64,000 bases of DNA, from assembly GCA_036679645.1 (NCBI GenBank), contig JAZDCY010000042.1, positions 1 to 64,000 on the forward strand, written 5' to 3'. Below, piece after piece: positions 48,938 through 58,520 of this stretch. Both the position numbers and the translations under genes were made by a program. This DNA is from Gemmatimonadota bacterium. GTDB taxonomy: Bacteria > Gemmatimonadota > Gemmatimonadetes > Gemmatimonadales > GWC2-71-9. Positions within the stretch are counted from its first letter, which is position 1, and every line of letters begins with the position of its first letter. The notes below the pieces were generated by a model that had not been told where the DNA came from, searched no databases, and was given only the letters and a program-made list of their open reading frames with translations.

Positions 48938-49810
48938 GGAGCGCGTTTCAACGCCCGCCGCCGCTAGGCGCCGAGCGCGTCCTTCACGGCGCGATAACGC
49001 CGTGCGCCCCCGCGCCCAGCGTCCTAGCCCGCTTCCCTCGACCATGATCCGCTCATCCTCGTTTCAGCAAAACGGGGGCGCGACCCTCGCGCGTTGTTCG
49101 CGGGCTCGAAGCCCGCGCTCGGCGTCCTTCGGACGGTCCGCCCTCAAGGGCGGGAGCGCGTTTCAACGCCCGCCTCCGCTAGGCGCCGAGCGCGTCCTTC
49201 AGGGCGCGATAACGCCGTGCGCCCCCGCGCCCAGCGTCCTAGCCCGCTTCCCTCGACCATGATCCGCTCATCCTCGTTTCAGCGAAACGGGGGCGCGACC
49301 CTCGCGCGTTGTTCGCGGGCTCGAAGCCCGCGCTCGGCGTCCTTCGGACGGTCCGCCCTCAAGGGCGGGAGCGCGTTTCAACGCCCGCCGCCGCTAGGCG
49401 CCGAGCGCGTCCTTTAGGGCGCGAACACGCCCCGCGCGCGGCGTCTTAGCCCGCTTCCTCGACCGTGATCCGCTCGCCCTCGTTCAGCGAGAACTGCGGC
49501 ACGACCCTCGCGCGTTGTTCGCGGGCTCGAAGCCCGCGCTCGGCGTCCTTCGGACGGTCCGCCCTCAAGGGCGGAAGCGCGTTTCAACGCCCGCCGCCGC
49601 TAGGCGCCGAGCGCGTCCTTTAGGGCGCGAACACGCTCCTCGGTCATGATCCGCTCATCCTCGTTTCAGCAAAACGGGGGCGCGGCCTCGCGCGTTGTTC
49701 GCGGGCTCGAAGCCCGCGCTCGGCGTCCTTCGGACGGTCCGCCCTCAAGGGCGGGAGCGCGTTTCAACGCCCGTCGCCGCTAGGCGCCGAGCGCGTCCTT
49801 TAGGGCGCGA
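48938..49810. repeat. Tandem array of about 4.5 units (215, 215, 206, 180 bp) of a multi-hairpin REP/REPIN-like element
   Basis: Core GTTCGCGGGCTCGAAGCCCGCGCTCGGCG...CGCCGAGCGCGTCCTTYAGGGCGCGA starts at 49096, 49311, 49517 and 49697, with a half copy at 48938. The spacers are also homologous to each other. Confidence 0.95.
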
Positions 49811-49811
49811 C

Positions 49812-50573
49812 CTACGCCATCCACTCCTTCAACCGCGCCAGAAACCCGAGCCGTAACCGCACTGGCTCGACCGGTGCCAGATCTTCATCCCGCAGCACCG
49901 CCTCCGGGTTCCCTCGCGCGAGCAGCTGCGCCGTGCTGCTGGCGCCGTGGCCGGCGAGAAACGCGACTCCCGTCGTTAGCGTCCGCCGATCGCCATGATT
50001 GTCCGCGGCGATCACGTCCGCCATACCCGCCTCGATGAGCGCGCGTGCCAGCTGCCCTCTCGCGTTGCTCTTCGTGAGCGTTGTTGCATCAACCTGCACG
50101 CGCGCCCCTACCTTGCGCCACCGACCGACCAAAGCGACCGAACAGGCGCGGTAGCGTTCCGGGTGCGCCACGATCGGCACCAACCCGGCGTCGGCAATGC
50201 GGGCAAGGATGGTGGTTGCGAGATCGCCCACGATCATGAGCGGAAACTCCACCAGGTAGTACCGCGAGCCCGCCAGCGCGTATCGCCGATCGCCGAGTGC
50301 GATGGCGGGGAGCGGCTCATCGAGCAGGATCTCGAAGCCTGGGTGGAGTCGAACCCCATTTGGGGCCGCCGAGCGAAGGGCGGCGAGCGCTCGGTCCCGG
50401 TCCGCGATCCGTTCTTCCCCCTCGTCACTAATCACGCTCGCCAGGAGGTGTGGTGTGGTTACGACGTCCGTGATGCCGGCCGCGACGAAATTGGACAGCA
50501 CGCCGGCCGACTGGTCGAGCGATCGGGAGCCATCGTCCAGGTTCGCCAGCAGGTGCGAGTGGAGATCGATCAC
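49812..50573 (-). CDS. PHP-family protein-tyrosine phosphatase (CpsB/CapC)
   Basis: IDLHSHLL..LDDGS, TTPH, AHPERY and ADNH motifs. Confidence 0.9.
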   Translation of the reverse strand: MIDLHSHLLANLDDGSRSLDQSAGVLSNFVAAGITDVVTTPHLLASVISDEGEERIADRDRALAALRSAAPNGVRLHPGFEILLDEPLPAIALGDRRYALAGSRYYLVEFPLMIVGDLATTILARIADAGLVPIVAHPERYRACSVALVGRWRKVGARVQVDATTLTKSNARGQLARALIEAGMADVIAADNHGDRRTLTTGVAFLAGHGASSTAQLLARGNPEAVLRDEDLAPVEPVRLRLGFLARLKEWMA

Positions 50574-50839
50574 CGCCCGTCCCCGTCTCCTGAATCGAAC
50601 GTGGCGTCGTGCTCGCACGCGAGGGTGATCAGTGCATCCGCGGCGAGGAGCTTAAGCGCGGTCTCGCGATCGGCCGCCCCGGTGGTCGCATCACGCAGCA
50701 GACGCTCGGCTCGCTCACGCAGCAGCGCTCCCAACGAGCCTTCCGTGGGAGTGTGCACGACTACCGACTCGAGGCACTCCCGCAACGACGGTGGGGCCGA
50801 TGCAAATCGCTTGGCCAGCCACTGCTGGGGCGTGGTCAC
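50570..50839 (-). CDS. Hypothetical protein (89 aa)
   Basis: 4-bp overlaps with both neighbours; helical ALKLLAADALITLACE segment. Confidence 0.65.
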   Translation of the reverse strand: MTTPQQWLAKRFASAPPSLRECLESVVVHTPTEGSLGALLRERAERLLRDATTGAADRETALKLLAADALITLACEHDATFDSGDGDGR

Positions 50840-53572
50840 CCGGTGTGGGAGGCCAGCGCGCCCCGGACGATGTGCGAGACCCGGCTCCGGGTCTCGGCGA
50901 GCTTCGCGGGATCCCCGATCCCGCCCGACGCGAAGTGGGGCCGCCCACCACCCTTCCCCCCGCTCACCGCCGCTATCTCGCGCACGAGGTCACCCGCACG
51001 AAGGCCCCTCGATAGCAGATCATCGGTCACGCCTACGAATACGCCCGGCCTGTCGCCGGCGCTGAACAACACGTGCACCGCCCCGGATTCCTGCTCGCGA
51101 AACCGATCCATCAGGACACCAATCTGACCGCGGTAGCTCCTCGACGGTTCCGCGCGCGGTACCCGACGACGAACCCTTGAGCAGATCCTCCATCTGCTTC
51201 TCTAGCTGGCGTCGTTCGTCAACTAACGATTCGATCTTGCGCGTCAGGTGTTCTGGCGTCGTACGCAGCGATTCGGACGCCGCATCGAGCCGCCGAGTCA
51301 AGGTACGGACCAAGTCGTACGCGCCGGGACCGGTCAGGGCCTCGATCCGCCGCACGCCAGCCGCCACACCAGATTCGCCCGAGAAGTGGAACAGGCCAAT
51401 CTGCCCTGTGCTGCGCACGTGCGTCCCGCCACACAACTCCACCGAGAGCCCTGGGATATCGACCATGCGCACACGATCGCCGTACTTCTCACCGAAGAGT
51501 GCCATGGCCCCCTTGGCGATCGCCTCGTCGTAGGACATCTCGTACGTGTTGACGTCCACGTTCCGCCAAATCCCTGCGTTCACCTCCTCCTCGATCACCC
51601 GCAACTCCTCGTCACCGATAGGGGCGTGGTGCGTGAAATCGAAGCGCAGCCGGTCGGGGGCTACGACCGATCCCGCCTGCCGCACGTGGGTGCCTAGCAC
51701 GTTACGAAGGGCCGCGTGCACGAGATGAGTGCCTGTGTGGTTGCGCTCGATATCGCGCCGCCGCTGCTCTTGGACAACCGCCTCGACCGTACCGGGCTCG
51801 AACGCCTCCGGTACCGGCCCGACCACTACCTGTTTGCCCTCCGACTTCACGACGTCGTCCACCACGAGTTCCCATCCCTCGCCCCGCACGGTCCCGGTGT
51901 CGCTCACCTGGCCGCCCGATTCGGCATAGAACGGGTTCTCGTGCAGGATCAGCGCGAGCCGTTCACTATCGCGACGGTAGGCTAGGATATCGGTTTCGGT
52001 CTGCGTTGTGTCGTACCCCACGAAGCGTTGGCGCTTGCGGGGGACCACCCGTTCCCAACGGCTCCCGCCCCGTACCCGACCGCTCCCGCCCAAGGCGAGC
52101 CCGAGCCCCACGGCGCCCGCACCCCGAACGGTTCGCGAGCGTTGCTGCTGGTCGGCCAAAGCGTGTTCGAAAGCCGCCGTCTCCACGGACCAGCCTTTCT
52201 CTTTGGCGATCACTTGCGTGAGATCGATGGGAAAACCGTAGGTGTCGTAGAGTTTGAAGGCGTCAGCTCCTGAGACCACGCCCGAACTGCCTTTCATGAT
52301 CTCTTCCAGGCGTCCGAGGCCGTCCTCGATCGTCTCGAGAAAACGTTGCTCTTCCGCGCGCGTCACGTTCTCGATGTGATCGCGTTTTTCCCGCAGCTCG
52401 GGATACACATCCCCCATCGTGTCCACGACGGTGAGCGTCAGGTGCACCAACGTCGGCTCGCTGCGACCGAGCAGGTATGCGTGTCTCACCGCGCGGCGCA
52501 GGATGCGGCGCAGCACGTAGCCGCGGTCCGAACTCGCGGGATAGACGCCGTCCGCCAATAGAAACGCGACGGCGCGGGCGTGATCTGCCAGCACCCGAAA
52601 GCCGACACCCTCGGGGCCCGGATCGTAGGGCCTGCCGAGCGTTTCTTCGGCCTGGCGCAGGATCGGCGCGAACAGATCTGTGTGGAAGTTCGAATCGACC
52701 TGTTGCAGCAATGAGGCAATCCGCTCGAGGCCGGCGCCCGTATCGACTGACGGGGCGGGCAGCGGGGTGCGGGTGCCGTCGGGTGCCTGGTCGAACTGCA
52801 TGAACACGAGGTTCCAGATCTCGAGCAGGCTGCCATCTTCGGCGATCTGTTCGAATTCGGATTGGGTGGGGGTGCCCGAGCCAGCTCTGCTCCCGGATAC
52901 CTTCCCAGATACCCCAGGGGCCCCCTCGCGCACCCCAGGGGTCCCGAGGAGTCCCTTGCGAACCCCGGGCTCACGCCCGGGGTCGGGGCTAGGTCCTCCT
53001 GATACCCCAGGCTGGCGCCTGGGGTCTGGTCTAAGGTCTACATATATCTCTGAACAAGGGCCGCAGGGGCCGGTGTCGCCCATTTGCCAGAAGTTGTCCT
53101 TGTCGCCGAGCCGGTAGATACGCGATTCGGCAAGGCCGGTCACTTCGTGCCAGAGTTTGGCGGCCTCGTCGTCGGTGTGGTGTACGGTCGCGAAGATGCG
53201 GTCGGGGGAAATACCGAGGTACTCTTCGGAGGTTACCCACTCCCATGCGTAGGCAATCGCGTCGCGCTTGAAGTAGTCCCCGAACGAGAAATTGCCGAGC
53301 ATCTCGAAGAAGGTGTGATGCCGCGCGGTATGCCCGACCTGCTCGAGATCGTTGTGTTTCCCGCCGGCGCGCACGCACTTCTGCGAGGTGACGGCGCGCG
53401 CGCAGTCACGTTTCTCGAGTCCCTGGAAGACGCGCTTGAACTGCACCATCCCGGCGTTGGTGAAGAGCAGGGTCGGGTCGTCGAGCGGTACGAGCGACGA
53501 CGACGCGACGTGTTGGTGATCGCGCGCTGTGAAGAAGTCGATGAACGATTGGCGGATTTCGTGGGCCTGCAT
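50836..53572 (-). CDS. alaS: Alanine--tRNA ligase (frameshift/deletion near 51130 separates the C-terminal DHHA1 part)
   Basis: DPTLLFTNAGM, RHHTFFEMLGNFS, GPCGPCSEI, EIWNLVF, NHTGTH and ELCGGTH motifs. GGKGGGRP lies in ORF 50836-51111. Confidence 0.95.
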
Positions 53573-53634
53573 GGGGTGTAAGGTAATGCGGGAGGGAAGC
53601 CCGGGAAACGGGCAAGTTTATGGTGGGTAACGGA

Positions 53635-54903
53635 TTACATCGGTTGGTCCTTTGCGTTCGTAGATCCCTGACCCAGTGGTTGGGACGCCCAAAGTCTCTC
53701 GATCTCGGATACGAGCAACTCAGCAAACGATAAGGCGCATGTGAAGGCCGGTGAGACAGCGTTCAGCACGTGGAAAGACGAGTCATCCCCTTCGTACCGG
53801 AAGTCCATCTCCAACCGTCCGTTCCGGATGTCAACGAGCTGCGCGCGGATGCCTGGCGCCCCCCAGTCCCAGGCACTCACAGGTCCTACGCCGGTCACGA
53901 GACGACTAGCGCGGCGCAAGAGTCCTTTTCGCGTGAGCTTCCGGATCTCCTCCCAGGCGAGCGCACGGAACCCATCGGTGCCCCTGAGAAACAACCTCGA
54001 CTCCTGTCGTACGATTTCGATTGCATCGCGGAGACTGAAGCCCTTGAGTCCGCCGTAGTGCTCTCGCCAAAGCCCCGGCGTGGCAGTCGGTCCGATCTTC
54101 ACCCGGCCGTCCACCGCAACAGTCAAGTGCGCGCCAAGGAACGGCATGCGAAGATCTGGCACCGGATAGACGTGCGTTCCAAGACGCTCGCTCCCTTCGC
54201 GGGAGTAGAGATACCGACCGCGAAAGGGAACTATCCGGTGATCGCGCGCGAAGCCGAAGTCTCGGGCTACGCGATCGGCGTGGAGGCCGGCCGTATTGAC
54301 TACGTAACCGGGTGAAATCTCACCGGCAGAGGTTCGCACCTTCCCGCGCTTTCGCTCAAGGTACGCGACGCCTTGGAGGATACTGATTCCGTGAGCGCGC
54401 GCGTCGCCAGCCATGCGATCCAGGACACGGCGAGGATCAACGGTTGCAGTGGAGGGCGAGAAGAGCGCACGTCCGACCGTTCGGGCGCGCGGCTCGATCT
54501 CCCGAGCCTCCGCCTCGGTTACTTGCTGGAGTACAACACCGTTCACCTTCGCCCGTCGCGTGAGTTCGTCGAGCGCGGGATGGTCAGCCTCACGCTGAGC
54601 AACTACGAGCTTTCCGCATGAATTCAAGGGCAGCCCGTGCTCTTTGCAGTACGCCTGGAGACTTGCGTTTCCGTCTCGGGTAAGGCGTGCTTTGAGGGAA
54701 TCTGCGTGATAATAGAAGCCCGCGTGGAGCACACCGCTATTGCGTCCGCTAGCATGCATGCCCAACGCCGGTTCCTTCTCGATGACTATGACGCGAAGGT
54801 CAGGGTGCCGCCGGCGAAGCTCGCGCGCGAGGCTCACGCCTACGATCCCGCCGCCTACGACGAGAACATCCGTGGTTTTGGGAAGTTCAGAGACCACAGC
54901 CAT
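53635..54903 (-). CDS. lhgO: L-2-hydroxyglutarate oxidase-like FAD oxidoreductase
   Basis: GGGIVG, HASGRNSGVLHAG, YPVPD..PFLG.H, GIRAQ and NAVSPAFT motifs. Confidence 0.85.
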   Translation of the reverse strand: MAVVSELPKTTDVLVVGGGIVGVSLARELRRRHPDLRVIVIEKEPALGMHASGRNSGVLHAGFYYHADSLKARLTRDGNASLQAYCKEHGLPLNSCGKLVVAQREADHPALDELTRRAKVNGVVLQQVTEAEAREIEPRARTVGRALFSPSTATVDPRRVLDRMAGDARAHGISILQGVAYLERKRGKVRTSAGEISPGYVVNTAGLHADRVARDFGFARDHRIVPFRGRYLYSREGSERLGTHVYPVPDLRMPFLGAHLTVAVDGRVKIGPTATPGLWREHYGGLKGFSLRDAIEIVRQESRLFLRGTDGFRALAWEEIRKLTRKGLLRRASRLVTGVGPVSAWDWGAPGIRAQLVDIRNGRLEMDFRYEGDDSSFHVLNAVSPAFTCALSFAELLVSEIERLWASQPLGQGSTNAKDQPM

Positions 54904-55010
54904 ACATCCTGCTTGGGCCAGGCACTACGCCCTCGTGTGCGAGGTTCGTGTATAACGCAATCAACCGAAGCAGAGCCTGCGCGAACGATCAACGAGCCGT
55001 CGCCAGACGG

Positions 55011-56096
55011 CTAGGTCAACTCCCGCACGAGGACATCGACGATCCGTCCGGCGGCGGCTCCATCCCACCCCTCGATGGAAGTCTCGCGGCGGCCTTCACT
55101 CAGAGCTTCGCGTGCGGCGGCAAGAATGGCGTCGCATGTAGACGAGACGAGGCGGTTCGTTCCCTTGGTGCACGTTATGGGGCGCTCGGTATTCGGGCGT
55201 ACGGTAACACACGGAATCCCGAGGTACGTACTCTCTTCCTGGAGCCCTCCCGAATCGGTCACGACGAGGGCGGCCTCCAGTTGCAACGAGAGCATGTCTA
55301 GGTACCCGACGGGGTCGACGAGCTTCACACCGGGTGGAGGCTTGAAACAGAGCTCATCGAGCTTCGACCGCGTGCGTGGATGGACGGGAAAGACCACGGG
55401 AACGTCTTTCGCGATCTCTGAAAGCCCTCCCATCACCTCTGCCAGCACTTCCGGATCGTCGACGTTCGAGGGCCGGTGCATCGTCGTCAGCGCGTACGGC
55501 TTGCCGGCTACTCCCAGACGTTCCGCCGCTTTCGATTCTCGCGCCCGCGGGAGCGCCCGCACGAGCGTATCGATCATGATGTTGCCGACGAAGTGGATCC
55601 GCTCGGCGGGGACGCCCTCCGCCAGCAGATTCTCATCGCCGTCACGTGACGGCGTGAAGAGCCAATCGGAGAGCCGGTCCGTGACGACGCGGTTGATCTC
55701 TTCGGGCATCGACCAGTCCCTGCTGCGGAGCCCAGCTTCCACATGACCTACGCGGATGCCCAGCTTGGCCGCCACGAGCGCCGCCGCCACGGTCGAATTT
55801 ACGTCTCCATAGACAAGTACAGCGTCGGGCCGGACGTCGTCGCAGACGCGCTCGAACCGCTCCATGATCGCCGCGGTCTGCCGCGCATGCGTGTCGGAAC
55901 CAACCTCGAGATTGCGGTCGGGTTCTTCGATATCGAGGTCGCGAAAGAACGCTTCCGACATCTCGATGTCGTAGTGCTGGCCGGTGTGAACGACCAGGTG
56001 CTCGATATCGGGGATGTCGTAGAGGGCCTGCGCAAGCGGGGCGAGCTTCATGAAGTTTGGGCGCGCGCCGACTACCGAGAGAACGCGGCGCGTCAA
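55011..56096 (-). CDS. wecB: UDP-N-acetylglucosamine 2-epimerase (non-hydrolysing)
   Basis: GARPNFMK, HTGQHYD, HVEAGLRS, PEEINR and TDSGGLQEE motifs. The TTG start overlaps the upstream stop. Confidence 0.93.
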   Translation of the reverse strand: MTRRVLSVVGARPNFMKLAPLAQALYDIPDIEHLVVHTGQHYDIEMSEAFFRDLDIEEPDRNLEVGSDTHARQTAAIMERFERVCDDVRPDAVLVYGDVNSTVAAALVAAKLGIRVGHVEAGLRSRDWSMPEEINRVVTDRLSDWLFTPSRDGDENLLAEGVPAERIHFVGNIMIDTLVRALPRARESKAAERLGVAGKPYALTTMHRPSNVDDPEVLAEVMGGLSEIAKDVPVVFPVHPRTRSKLDELCFKPPPGVKLVDPVGYLDMLSLQLEAALVVTDSGGLQEESTYLGIPCVTVRPNTERPITCTKGTNRLVSSTCDAILAAAREALSEGRRETSIEGWDGAAAGRIVDVLVRELT

Positions 56097-56866
56097 AAGA
56101 TCCGCGTGAGACCGAAGATCGTGGCTGGAAGGGTGATGAGGATCGTGAAGGCTCGCAGCGGCGTCTCGAGCCCACTTAACCCGGAGCCAGGCTCCGGCAC
56201 AAACAGCCGATCTCCCGCACGAATGCCCAATTCGTCGAGCGTCCGACCCTCGATGATCGCCTGGCTCAGCTCTCGGGAGTTCAAGAGACGTTGACCATTT
56301 CGCTCCCACACCAGCTCGTCGAGCCTAGCACCAGTACCCAGACCCACCGCCGTGATCACGTCACTGAGGAGCGCGTCCGAAGGAACGGTGCGGAATCCCG
56401 GTTGTCCTACAGCTCCTTCAAAAAGCACCCGCACCAAAGTTCGCGTTCGAACGACCGGATCCCGCACGTATTGCGCAATATGGGCCGTCGCCCGTTCCAG
56501 GAGCTCGGCCCGCAACACACCGCTCAGCGAGAGACTCCCGATGTCAGGCATCACTATGGCGGGACCGGTCTCGACGGTGAACGTGTCCGATAGCATCTCT
56601 TCGCGCTCGACGACGATGAGTATCCGGTCCCCCACCTGAAAATCTCCCCGCTCGAGCCGTGCCTCGATACGCTCCGCTTCGGCGCTGGCGCGGTCCCGTA
56701 GGTCTTGGCTATAGGCCGGCGATTCGGCAGAGAGCCGCATGCGCTGGAGCAGCGAGTCGAGACTCTGGCGGCTAGCGTAGCCCCGTCCGGATGGGGCACT
56801 GGGTCCCTGTGCCGCGAGCAGAGCGGGCAGCAACAGCGCGAGGAGTACTGCGGGAGTCTGTCTCAT
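56093..56866 (-). CDS. Polysaccharide export/SLBB-domain protein (short Wza-like)
   Basis: Signal peptide; FQVGDRI, GAVGQPG and AGDRLFVP motifs; C-terminal hydrophobic helix. Confidence 0.82.
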   Translation of the reverse strand: MRQTPAVLLALLLPALLAAQGPSAPSGRGYASRQSLDSLLQRMRLSAESPAYSQDLRDRASAEAERIEARLERGDFQVGDRILIVVEREEMLSDTFTVETGPAIVMPDIGSLSLSGVLRAELLERATAHIAQYVRDPVVRTRTLVRVLFEGAVGQPGFRTVPSDALLSDVITAVGLGTGARLDELVWERNGQRLLNSRELSQAIIEGRTLDELGIRAGDRLFVPEPGSGLSGLETPLRAFTILITLPATIFGLTRIF

Positions 56867-56892
56867 ACGAGGGAAGCTAACGACGCCGACCC

Positions 56893-57108
56893 TCAGTCAC
56901 GATCGCGCGCCGGCTGCAGGAGTGGGCCGTCCTCCGCCGCCAGCCCAAAGCGGGCGAGCTGGGAGAGCTTTGCCAGAAGCGCCGAGGTCGTATCCGCGTG
57001 ACTCAGAGATGCACCGCATGCCTCACACACCCGGTCGCCCCAATCGCGCTCGGGCGAGCCCTTGGAGCCGACGGCATTCGACGTTTCCTTGCAACGCAAG
57101 CAGATCAT
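56893..57108 (-). CDS. Small putative zinc-ribbon protein (71 aa)
   Basis: MICLRC...VCEACGASL, with a strong SD (GAGGTG) before ATG 57108. Confidence 0.55.
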   Translation of the reverse strand: MICLRCKETSNAVGSKGSPERDWGDRVCEACGASLSHADTTSALLAKLSQLARFGLAAEDGPLLQPARDRD

Positions 57109-57399
57109 GCGCGTTTCACCTCTCGGCACTCCTGTGGAACATCTTCTGTCAGATCTCGTTTTCAAGTTTAGGGCCTTCATCCGCCTCGCACTGACGGATT
57201 GCGCTAAAGCGTGGCAGCGTAAAGCGTTGGACGTGGCAGATCCGGGGCCGGGCACCGGTCCCGGGCCCATGAAGAGGCGCGAGACGTTGCGTGATAGCGG
57301 CATCACCGTCCGAGCGTGTGGGTCCAGCGCACCACGGACGTGGCCGCCGGCCGGAGATAACTCCCAGCGTGAGGTGATGTTTTGGAGATGCGAGGGAAA

Positions 57400-57415
57400 G
57401 GGCACGACTCGTGCA
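57400..57415 (+). promoter_or_regulatory. Putative sigma54 promoter
   Basis: GGGCACGACTCGTGCA (GG-N10-GC), 50 bp upstream of ATG 57465. Confidence 0.55.
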
Positions 57416-57464
57416 ACCCGAGCCACGAGTTCGAGACGTCTACGATGGCGGGCCCGAGGCCCTC

Positions 57465-58439
57465 ATGACGGGACGCCTCAGCCCGACGGCCTCTCGGGAG
57501 CACATCATGCCGGCAGGACGCTGGCACGGGCGCGCGCCGCTCGTGCTTATGATCAACGATCAGGAGTGGTCCACGCGATCGCTCGAGACGATCCTGGGAC
57601 CCAACGGGTACGCGATCCTGCGAGCGTACACGGGGCGGCTGGGCCTGGAGCGCGCGCGGAAAGCGCAACCGGACATGATCCTGCTCGACGAGAGCCTACC
57701 GGACATGAGCGGCCTTGAGCTCTGTCTAGCATTGCGCGACGATCCCTCCACTCGCCCCGGCACGCCGCTCATCATGACCACCTCCGGTCGCCCGACCCGC
57801 CAACAGCGTCTCGCCGCCCTAAGGGCAGGCGCCTGGGATTTCATGGGGCATCCGCTTGACGCCGAAGAACTGATCCTCCGCCTCGACACCTATGTCGGTT
57901 CGAAGTTGGCCGCCGACCGGGCGTGGGAAGAAGGGCTGCTCGATCGCCTCACCGGCCTCTACAACCTGCAGGGACTCGCGCGCCGGGCGCGGGAGCTGGG
58001 ATCGCAGGCCACGCGCCGGCACGACCCGCTCGCATGTGTGGTCTTTCGCATCGAGCTGCCGGAGGAAGCCCTCGACGACGACGGGACGCTCGAGGAGTCT
58101 GCCGCGCGGCTAGCGGGTCTCCTTCGCGATTCCGGGCGCGCGTCCGATGCCGTCGGCCGGGTCGGAAACTTCGAGTTCGCGGTCTATGCCCCAGGTACGA
58201 ACTCCGATGGGGCCGCGAGGCTCGCCGAGCGGATAGGCGACGCGCTGAGCGAAAAAGACGTCTTGCAGAACGGCTCCAGCCTGCGGGTGGGGTACCACGG
58301 CGTTGAGGACTTTGAAGCGGCCCACGTGGAACCGCTCGACCTCATGATCCACGCTACCGACGCTCTGCGTAAGGGAAGGCGTGAGAGCGGGCCGACGGAG
58401 TGGCTGCACCAATTCCAGTCAAACGCTGTGAGATCCTGA
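57465..58439 (+). CDS. Response regulator with a degenerate GGDEF domain
   Basis: REC domain (PDMILLD, AGAWDF) followed by DRLTGLYN and RASDAVGRVGNFEF. Confidence 0.85.
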   Translation: MTGRLSPTASREHIMPAGRWHGRAPLVLMINDQEWSTRSLETILGPNGYAILRAYTGRLGLERARKAQPDMILLDESLPDMSGLELCLALRDDPSTRPGTPLIMTTSGRPTRQQRLAALRAGAWDFMGHPLDAEELILRLDTYVGSKLAADRAWEEGLLDRLTGLYNLQGLARRARELGSQATRRHDPLACVVFRIELPEEALDDDGTLEESAARLAGLLRDSGRASDAVGRVGNFEFAVYAPGTNSDGAARLAERIGDALSEKDVLQNGSSLRVGYHGVEDFEAAHVEPLDLMIHATDALRKGRRESGPTEWLHQFQSNAVRS

Positions 58440-58451
58440 CGGAGTGCGCGG

Positions 58452-58506
58452 TTGTAGGGCGCACTGCGTGCGCCCCTATAAACGCCCACGCAGTGCGCCC
58501 CGACAA
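58452..58506. repeat. GTAG-type REP doublet (one intact, one degenerate inverted copy) between convergent genes
   Basis: TTGTAGGGCGCACTGCGTGCGCCCCT followed by CGCCCACGCAGTGCGCCCCGACAA; matches 4294-4320. Confidence 0.7.
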
Positions 58507-58520
58507 CCCCGCCCCGCACC

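Noticed and set aside
48606..49417. ORFs spanning the tandem array, and ORFs 115-483 and 250-465
   Set aside because: They are translations of GC-rich repeats with no protein-family motifs.
48938..49810. CRISPR array
   Set aside because: Units are about 200 bp, the spacers are homologous to each other rather than unique, and there are no cas genes in the window.
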